Source: Gordius albopunctatus
Lineage: Eukaryota
NCBI GenBank assembly: GCA_964276515.1
Contig: OZ193909.1
Coordinates: 16,802,001 to 16,866,000 of the forward strand
Reading direction: 5' to 3'
Length of the DNA stretch: 64,000 nucleotides
The first letter of the stretch is position 1, and the number at the start of each line of letters is the position of its first letter. The notes under the pieces are model-generated. The model was not told where the DNA came from, made no database searches, and saw only the letters and a program-made list of their open reading frames with translations. Both the position numbers and the translations under genes were made by a program. This document shows, in pieces, positions 39,685-50,500 of the stretch.

Positions 39685-42659
39685 ATTTACCAATTGAACA
39701 TGATTTTAAAAGTTGTTTTTATCGTTTTGAACTGACCCTAAGTACTTTACTAAGTTTATACAAGATTTTAAGCTAATTGTTGTAATAACTCTATTATTCC
39801 CACATTTGCTAAAATTGACTTGTGGACCATTGTAGGGATGACAAAAATCAAGCGTACTATTTTTAAGCCACCCTACACTGCAGGTTGCCCTGTTCTGTTG
39901 GGTTCCATTCATCTCCTTTTTCCTTGATTGGGGGGGGGCGTTAAAATTTAGGGTGGCCCGTCAACGTGCCGAATTGAATGTCGCAATGTTAAAAAATGTC
40001 CCCCAACAAAAAAGCATACTAATCATTTAATTTCTAATTAAAGTTATTATTTAGGTATTTTTTATAATACAATTGGTAATCATTATAAAAGGTATACTCA
40101 ATTTAGGGCCTCCTTTATGATAATGGGGAGATGTTTTTGGCGAGTTGATAAGCCACCCTAAATTTAGTATATTTTGCAATTATTTTAATACATCGACCAT
40201 TAACCGATTGAGTACCACCCCACTTTTTCTTTGTTTCTCCGGCTTAAACATTGACCTATAAGGCAATAGACCGACAAGACAACCACCTGATTTTTGCCCT
40301 AAAATTATCGAGTGGTGAGATTTTTTCGTTGTGCGCGATTGTGCAGGTATAATTGCGAAAGTTATGGGATAAATATGATAACACAAAGGATTGTCCCGGG
40401 GAAAGTTTAGCATTTAATAATTCAACAAAATAAAAAACGTTTATAGTTTGTTAAAAGGTACGTCAAACGCGGTGGCTTGCAGCCCTAATTAGCTGGTCGC
40501 TAAACTAATAGTCCATCCGTGGTCTTAATGAATATCAATGAATCCTCAATTTTAGACCCCTAACAGTCGCGCGTACTTATAATTTTAACCTCAAAATTAT
40601 TATTGTCGTGTAGAGGAAGGACTCTCTTGGGTCCAATTAGTTAAGGAGGAATAGTATATGGTTGGTGACGTAGTCGCCTTTTCCTACGCTATCGCATTAC
40701 TTAATTTTAACGAAGAAAAACCTTTCCTATTTCCTATCCTATATTATTTTAACCTACCTACATTTCCCCCTTTTACTAGCGATGGGTTGGTTTGCCAAGG
40801 GAAATTTTAATTTTTTAATATTGCGTGTTATGTATTATAATTATAAGTATGCAATGGCTTAGCAGGGAGGGGCCGCTGCCCCCCTCTAAATCCAAAAAAT
40901 TGTTGAAATTTTACATGGCTCAAAGTCAATATATTAACTATTAGAGACCTGCAACGGGCCTGTTTAGGTCAGTCGGCCCCGTAATAAAAATTTAAAAGCC
41001 CGGCCCGGGCCCGACTGGTTACGCCGATGCAGCTACGCTTCTTTATACGTGAAATTTTACCTTTTTTGTCCTCCATTTTTAAGGTCAACAATTTATTCCT
41101 ACCTTTGGCTGTTTTAGGCACAACTTTGATATTTTTTGTCAGGGACAATTATATTTTTGGTACTGTTATTCCTTTACCAAATTACAAAAAAAAATAATGT
41201 CATAATAGTTAAAATCTTGCAATTTCGCTTGGGGGACAGAAAGCCGGGTTATTTATCGTATGAGCGGCGGTCTAAGGGGAATTATTAGCATAAGTGCTTG
41301 AGGGTTCGTGTCGTGTGTAAGTTTACCGACTAAATTATATTTGTGCTTCGGTCGTCATTGTGGTAATTGAATCACGTAGGCACTATTTTAGAGGCTGGGT
41401 ATGATCGAGTGTATGAGAAATAGTATTATATATGGAATTTTTTAAGCAATTCAGTATTTTGGTTACTGTACGTATTTTCAATCAACGCGGAAATATGTTT
41501 TAAGGATTTTTTTAGTTCGTCGTTTGGGGGGAAGAAATTGAGGCTTCCCTCAGATTTTTGCTGAAAATAATTAATATGTATGCTATGAAAGAAGGTAAAA
41601 TACTAAAAATACTCTATATCGTTTTGATGGGTATAGATAGAGAGCCTAACAAATCTTAAAAATTGGCTGTAGTAGCTGCCCCCCTTCAATAAGCATCGAT
41701 ATATTATCAAGTTTTAAATGGGATGATATGTGTGCAATGCAATAGATGGAAAAAACGTGAGAAAGAAATAAGATTTCATTTTGCATTTAATCATGTTATA
41801 TTGGGGTTTGTACCAAAATTTGCCAATAAGAGGAGATTAGGGTGCTACCCCCACCACTGCGCTTACATAATACACCTCGAGGTTCAAAGGCACTCTCTTT
41901 AAACAAACACAGAGGTATTTTAGGTTTACGCTCCAAGTGCCCCCCCTACCTTAGACTTTTGCCCATTAAAACCATTTAGTGAAGAAGGCTTAACGAAAAT
42001 TCCTTCCTTTTTTCCAGTGTTGAAAATTGTGATATCAAGGTAAGTCGAATGAGCCGGTCCTACGCCAATTCAAGGAAAGAAGAATGTTCGTACTATATTG
42101 ACGTTTGAACGTCAAGATCCACATTTTTACTACAATGAAGCGCAAATTGATTTACTCTTATGAACGTAGATAAAATCCTTATTAAATAGAGCAAAATGTA
42201 CGGCAAGAGTTTGAAGAGTTAAACAAAATATTTTCGTTTGAAGAGTCACAGATACTTGTATTGTTTTAATTTAAGTGAATGGAGGGGGGGGGTTTCACTA
42301 AACGACACTATCAATCTAAAACTTTTCAGAGGATTGTCATTTTAATCCGTTTATCGGGTCAGGTTCTGTCTGGGTACCTTACGCAACAATAAATCTGTTT
42401 TAAAAAGAAAATGATGCAAAACGAAAGTCTTTGGAGCTCAATTTAATACATCACCTATTATTTTTTACAAATTGGTTTATTTTTAGCCTGCATTTAGTGT
42501 TACGATGAAATATTTGGGATCTTTTTTATGCATTTCTAAACGTGAAACAATTGTGCATATATACTTTTTTTAAAGTAATTACTTTTAGCTTACTTACTTC
42601 TTTAAAAATAACACTTATTAAAATTTTGTACTTATTTTATAAATTACATTTCTTTAAAG

Positions 42660-43708
42660 CCTTGATATACGCTTGCGTGGGCATTTTCGTCTTTTCGGTG
42701 CTGTACGAAGGCCTTAAAGTATTCCGAGAGCACCTCATGTCTCATCCACCCTTCGCCAATGCCCGCAAGGGTCTCGGTTCGCCCGGACGTCACAAAAAAA
42801 ATTGTTGCGCCTCCGGGGCTGGAACCCTCCACGACGAAGGGGTTAGCCCTTACGCCAAGATGAACGACGTCGAGTCTCGCACCCCGACCCACTTCGCCAT
42901 CGAACGCGGCTTTAAATCGTGCGATTGTCGATCTAGGTCAGTAAACATTGCTAATAAGGAAAGTATATAAAGAGTTTACTCAAGCCATAAACTTATTAAC
43001 GCGTTTCCTGGGGAAATTTAGTTTTTAATCGAAACCACTGTAATCAGCTATTCAATTAAAAATTATAAAAATGTATTAGTTTTGTTAAAATTATTAATGA
43101 ATTTGTAGTCAAAATCTTTGGTCTCCAACTAAAGAAGGCTATTTTAGAGCAAACACTAAACAATTATTTTAACTAAACACGAAAATGTATTAATTTGATT
43201 AAAATTAAAAACAAATTTTTATTTAAACTTAGGTTTACAGCTAAAAAGACCCTTTTTAGACCAATATGTATCGCGACATCATTAGTTTTATGGAACAATA
43301 CACCCCCCCCTCCCACCCCTTTTGGGATGCAAATCAAACTTAAATTATAATTGTCATGTATTTTGTAAATAAAAATCTCGTACACATTCTTCTGCAGACA
43401 ATTCCGCTCTTTTAAATTCCTAATTTGCTCGGTATGCCAAACCTAAAAGTTTAGAGCCTTTTGCAGAGGATAATTCCTAGTTTTTACTTCTTTTCCATTG
43501 CAGTCCCGCCTTTTCCATCCTGGATCACGGTTTGCAATCCATCCTACACATCATACAAACCGGACTCGGGTTCATGTTGATGCTCATCTTCATGACTTTC
43601 AACGTTTGGATGTGCTTCTCCCTTTTGCTGGGCGCCGGGGTCGGTTACTTTTGTTTTGCTTGGAAACGCAAAATCGCCATTGTCGACGTCACTCAACACT
43701 GCAATTGA
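42660..43708 (+). CDS. SLC31A1: Ctr1/SLC31A1-like copper transporter paralog B (exons 42660-42936, 43504-43708; 5' exons not found)
   Basis: TM1 LIYACVGIFVFSVLYEGLKVFRE. Last exon HGLQSILHIIQTGLGFMLMLIFMTFNVWMCFSLLLGAGVGYFCFAWKRKIAIVDVTQHCN* closely parallels the CTR1 C-terminus. Phase-2 junction AG|gtcagt..ttgcag|T; AATAAA at ~43783. Confidence 0.85.
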
Positions 43709-46700
43709 TGACAACAACAACAACACACACGATATTCACTTTGGTTTTTTTTGTGTTTAATGTAGAGCACGCAGCAGTATAACAATAAAATTTTTAATAT
43801 TTATGAAACGTTGTCCTAAAGTGAACGAAAAACAGTCCAAAATCGATTTCCACGAGCAAAGCGTTCAAAAATTTGTATAAATTCACCCGCGTTTTCCAAT
43901 AGACGCCATGGCGATATTTTTTACTTTTTAAAAATCAGCTTTAAAATTAAGTAAAAGAGCTAATTGATTACAAATGATCCATTTTTCTAATTCCTGTGCA
44001 CATATATTAATATATACATTACTTATAAGCACTCTTACTCGTAATTGTATACATGCACTGAATCAAAACGCCTATGCGATTTTCATAGGTATATTTTATG
44101 TGTGAAAGGTAATTTTCCCAAGGTTTAAAGGCCATATATTTGACTGACCTTTATTTTTATTTTTTCGCTCGTTTAGTGTTTTTTATCATCATTTTTTGAA
44201 TCGAAATCGTCACTTTTTTGTCATCGCGACTTAATATTACCCAAGGTCAGTTGTTTGTTTGAAATTTAATCGCGTATGGATTTTTTGTAATTTTCCAAAA
44301 TTTATGATAATTCTGTTTATAAAATTTGTTAATGTTACTCATATGGAAAATGTCTATGTAATATATATAACGTTATCTGTTTTATAATTTGGTTAATAAA
44401 GGTATCCTAGTAATATATACAAATTTTATGGTTTAAATATATGCCGTGGCAAAAAATATCGAAATCTTGATATTGAAATAGTAAATTTTGTAAAATCAAC
44501 CATCTAATTTTACCCTTCTAGTATTAATTTCTTATCTTAAATTTACAAGCTAGTATAGTTGTCAGAGACCAAAAAAGCCCTCTTTTTTATTTGATGTGTA
44601 ATGTTTATTAATCCTAGTTTAGATTTAAAAAATACGATCATTAATTTTTTTAGTTCTTGGAAATTATAAATGAATCGCTGCTAAAAGTTCAAAAGAATTT
44701 CGGGCCGAGCACCTCTAATGATTTGTGCATGATTAGACCAACATTTAGAAGGGATCGGGTGGACAAAGCTATGAAATCAGAACCGGCCAGGTTATGGCTT
44801 AAAATTTTTTACAAATCTGATATCATAGTTATATATGTAGAAAAATGATTTAATTACGCTTTGCTTGTCTAACTGTCATCGGCTACCTTTCGGGACCCTG
44901 GCTTTTTAGAAACTTTCAACAAAGTTTTTGAGGCAGAGCTTATCGCTCTTTGGATGATTACTAAGTTGAACTGTATAAAATATTCCATTCTGTCATATCC
45001 TAGTTCAATCTTTTTTAATTTTTATAAAAATTGGAAAACTATCGTAACATTATATTGCCTAAACATATTATATATAGAGAGGGGTGCAAATAAAATAATT
45101 TATAGGTCGCCAATCTGACCTGACTCTTTGCGCCCAGTCCGACCCCGCTCTAAATAAAAAGATGACCAGCGGTTTATCTCAGCCAAGGAAGAATATAAAA
45201 AAATGATTTTGGATATAAATATCACAAACCATGTTCGAAGATTAAAATTATAGAAAAGATACCGGAAACGAGTACGAATCTTAATAGAATCTTTATGATG
45301 GATTTGTCTAAAACTACTTGAGAATTTAAAATATTCATATTTGAATCAATTCAACTCAAATTTTAAATTTTTCTAACCGTGTTATTTAACAATGTGCTAT
45401 CCTTGTAGGACTATAAATGCATCGAATGTTGGGGAAAAAATTTAAATTCAGCGTAAAAATGTATTTTTTGGATCAAATATGCCTTTACTTGTTTAGGACA
45501 TATTTTTGTCCAGTCTGGTCGAAAAAAAGGATGTGCCCCACTCTCCCCTCCAACCAATTTATTTTGCTGAGGCAGGCCGGATCGCGCATTCTTTTTAATT
45601 TATATCATATGAACTGTAAACATCTAATATAGTCACCTAATTTTATACGTCCTAAAATTATTATAATAAAAATTATTTTTTACTAATTATTCTACGTAAC
45701 GTATGACTGTATAATTTTATAAATATCTAAAAAAGTGAAATTATAAATTTTTTAAAATATTCCATCATATAAAGCAGCGTTATTATAATTTATTCAATTA
45801 AATTAAATGTAGTGCCAATTCAAAAAATATCGTAAAAAAACTTTTTGCTTATACCATTTTGTTCTAATACTGGTATTAAATATAAGCAACGGTCAGAATT
45901 AATTTGCTAAGAATTATATAGCCAATTTCGCAATTATCCGATCTAGAATTAAAACCTAGACAAGTTGCCCAAAGGAAATATATAAGGTAATGAATTCGGT
46001 AGAAAATCAATAATGGAATTTGAGCCCGGGCAAGGGCGAAAAAAGTAAGGACAATCATCGGTCATTAGGTGAGCTATTTGCGAAAGCAAAATAAAAGTCT
46101 TTTACAGAAGCATAAGTCCACAGGCATTAACACCCCGTACAAGTTTCCACTGAAATTATTCAAAAATTACAGTTTAACAGGGCGGACGGAATGAACGGAC
46201 AGCTAAAAGCGAGCCCATAAATTGTATAGCAATTAATTTCAAATATACACTCGCTTCTAAACTCAAATTCCACTCTCTTTTCCACCCATATAGGATATAT
46301 TGAGAGCCACGAGAGATTAAATTTCAACCTCATTAATTCTAGCATAAAAGGCGATTTCTACATGGCTAAAACTTATAAATAATGTATTGTAGAAAACTGT
46401 CAAACGTCAACACCTATATCCATATTTTGGTACATTTTAGGAATTAAAACTCTACACCTGGTCAAGCCGTAGTGACATAATGACTCCTAAATTTATTTTA
46501 ATATATTAAAGATGATAACATGAGTGTAAATATAAAAATAATGCCGGAATTATTTAGATGGTCCGTGGCGCTATTTAATTTTACCCATACACGCATAATT
46601 ATTTCAAGTGCTGTGCATATAGCCTTCTCAAGCTATATTATATATCATAAGAAACAAAATTTGTCCTATATGATAGCTTTAACCTTTTAATCTGACATTT

Positions 46701-47545
46701 GCTTCACAAGTTTTATAAAATTTTCAGCAAAACTTCATTTCGTTCTAAAAATTCAAGAATATCATAGATGCCTGAGATTATACCTATATTGAAACGAGTC
46801 TTGTGATAACTATTGGACTCAAAAAACTTTTCATAGGAAATTGACAGACTTAAAACTAGGCCTTAAAACTTATCATTAAATTTTTATAAAAAATATATAA
46901 TTTTTAGATTTAAGGTATTTACAAGTGCCTTTTATGCTGGATGTAATTATTTTTGTTATTTAAATAATTTCATTTACAATTAAGGATATTTTATTGCCAA
47001 TGGGTTTATATTTATGATGAAAAATATTTTAATGTCAATGGGGGGGGGGGGTCCCGTATAGGCCAATAAAACAATAGACCGCCGAAAAGCTAATAATTTT
47101 TTAGCAAGTATAGAAACCGCCATTTTGTTGGAAATTGTAACCAAAAAACATAATTCAACATTATTTATTGTCTTATTCTACATATTTTTTAAATTTATAG
47201 ATTAAGCTAATAGTCTTATTTTATTTCTTAATGAATATATGGTATAAAAGTGGAAATATACCTGTGGTTAAGTTTTTCCTTAAAAATGGCAGCTATAATA
47301 ATGTCGAAATGATTTTAATAGTAAAAATCAGCTGTTCAGCAGTCTATGTTTTTATTAGTCTATGGTATGTATGTATAAGCCCCGATGACAAACAAGAGCT
47401 TAGCTAAATCGTCAAGCTAAGATTGAGTCCCATCTGACACCATAGGTGCATCTCGGGCCTTATTAGTCTATGGGTTCCCCTTATTATTCGCCCCACGACG
47501 ATCATTTGTATCGCTACGCCGCTGAAGTGGAATCGGACACTTGAA

Positions 47546-50500
47546 ATGCACCACGATATGGAGTAACATACAATGTCTTTTAAATTCAATTTTTTTGATA
47601 ATAACACACCGAAAACCGTAAATAATAAAATAACAACTAAATATAATGCCGAAATAATTGATTTTTATTGTGACAATAATTTGGAAATGTCACTAACGTC
47701 ATCAGTTGGTCTGAAGTATTTGCCATCATATAATTATTCAAATTTTTCTAAAATACATCCTGGGATAGCCATTTCTGACATAATTCCTGATGAGTATGAA
47801 GGTGGATATAAGATTTGGGAATGCACCTATGATTTATATAATTATTTAAACAAAATGGATTTCAAACAAAAACATGTTTTAGACCTTGGATGTGGTTCTG
47901 GTTTTTTAGGAATTTTGGCACTTAAAAATAATGCAGAAGGAGTTACTTTTCAAGATTATAACAAAGATGTTTTGCAAAATTTTACTATGCCCAATATTAA
48001 ATTGAATATTGATACTATTAAGTATGATAAATGTATTTTTGTTGCTGGTGATTGGATAAGCATAATTGAAAAGAAGGTGTTTGAGAAAAAATTGGATGTT
48101 ATCTTAACATCTGAAACAATTTATAATCCTCAGAACAACTTAAAATTATATGAACTATTAAAACATTCTTTGCAAACAAATGGCCAGATATTTATTGCAG
48201 CTAAATCACATTACTTTGGCATAGGTGGTAATGTAAAAAGTTTTTTAGAGTTAATAGACAAAGACAACTATTTTGATTACAATATTTGTTGGAAATCAAT
48301 TGATGGAGTGCCACGTTTAATTATTCTTTTAAAATGTTCTTTAACAGGATGATGAAAAATTATTTCCATTTTGGAATGAATGATATCATTCTCTTCAAAA
48401 ATTGGAAGCCTACCACTACTGGAGGTAGTGAATTAGAATCTATTTTTGTTATAATTAACCCTTGATTACATGTTCTTGCTCAATAAATTTATTTTAAAAA
48501 TTATTCTGTTTCTTTTTGATTATAATTAATTTTGTGACAAAAACTTTTTTATATATGAATTAATTAATTTAGGGCAGTTCAACGCATCAAAAAATATTTA
48601 TAAAGATGTTAATCTTTCAATTTTATTTTAGCTTAAATTTCTTGCCACCTCTTTACATCAAATTTTTACACCTTTTATTAAATATTTGAGCATTTATTTT
48701 TTGTAATATAGATTTTATAAGGTATATAAGTTGATTATACATTACTATATGATTTAAATAAACCCAACTCGAATATAAAATAAATATTTTTTACAGATTA
48801 CAAATATAGCTTTTAAATTTCAGCTCATCCTCCATATCAACAATAATTTTTTTATCATAATTTTAGATTTTATTTTAATATTAAAACTTAAATGAATTTT
48901 ACTATTATATAGGTAAATCTGATTTTTTTATTCTATATTTATAAGGTAAATTAATTCAAATATAAAATTTGCCAAAAAGTTTTATTAATAAAAGTTGAAT
49001 TCAGGTCGGGCCAAAAATGAAAAATTGGTTGGGCCCGGCCAAAATAAAAAGTCCTGCTTGGGCGAAAATAATTTATTTCCCAGGTCTCTATGCGTAGTAC
49101 AACTAAAATTATGTTTTATTCCACAGAAACAATGCAATTTATGTTTATCCCTCAATCAAAATAAATGTTTTTGAATTATCCTTTAAACTTTTAAAAAGGG
49201 ACATCTTGCTTGCCAGATGTGAACAAAGCATTATTGCTTACATTTATTTTAGCCAGTTTAGGTAAGAAAACTAAAAGCTATATACCTTTAATTTTAAACA
49301 ATCCCGAGTTTAGAGTGCATGAGTGTATAGTAGTTGTAAAAAGGACTGCCTTTTCTCTTAGTCGCTTTCCAGCCTTAGTCAAAATTTTAAAAAAAATAGA
49401 CCAGATTCGCCCGTTAATCAACAAAACCTAGGCGTTTTTACAACACTAGTTTATAGCAACAAAAGACACTATATACCTGATACACACGAGTTGATGATCA
49501 AAATATTATTACAAATGGTAGAAAGACACCTAATTGAATTTTTAATGGTTTAACCATAGAGGTTAGAAACTTTTTCATACTACTATTTTTTGGGATTCCT
49601 TCTTTATGATAGACTTCTGTGATTTCAAATTTTAAAATGCTTTTTAAAAAATGAGACGTTATTAATATCTTTGTCAGAATTAAAAATGGAATTCTGTGTG
49701 ATATGAAAAGGATTTCTTGTTTTGATAAAAATGTGAAATAGGGCGAAAATAGGTAAATTATCATTAAACAATGAAACTAAAAATTTAGAAAGTACCTATA
49801 TTTTACTCAAGATGAAAGTTTTAACTAAGCACTATTAATAGCTTCACATATTTCAAGGGCCCGGAATTTTTATATTTTTGATAAAGAACTCAGCTCGGCC
49901 CAGAACTTTACGGACCATGGGTAGCTAACTAAGTGCAGTCTCTACCAGTATTGTAAAAACGACTGGATTGTATTTGGTCGACCTGATTTTAGTCGTTTTA
50001 CAGCACTAGTCTCTACACTCGTATGCGGTTGTGATTATTAGTTAGGCAGCGGATTTTAATCCTGAAACTTTTTAGTTTCTGTATCAAGAGGTTTAATAGC
50101 ATTTAGGTAGGACGTTTTTACTAGAGTCTAAAAATGCTTAGTTTTGCCTTATTTGCTTCCTCTTCAGATCCCAAATATTATTTATTCTTTTTACATTAGT
50201 CTATAGTGTGGTTTTTTAGTTAAAATACAGAGCTCTTTCTCGGTGTATAAATTGATTTTAAGCCACAGAGGCCCACTACTTTCGTATCAAAATTTTTAAT
50301 AAAATTCTTGTCATCTACTCCGACAAATTAACGTAAAATTTCTCAAATTGTTTTTACAAAGCTCATAAACCGCTATTGTCTTCACTTAAGACTTTCCATA
50401 AATATATGAGTTTGCCTGCAAGAAAGTTTCAAAATAATTTTTGCGTGTTAACGCCTGAAGCAAAGATTTTTAGGGTGCGCGATTCGAAGCAAAAATTTAG

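Noticed and set aside
44880..45010. RNase H-like peptide VFEAELIAL, and an integrase-like FHP stretch near 46250-46320
   Set aside because: Too short and degenerate to support; at most old retroelement debris.
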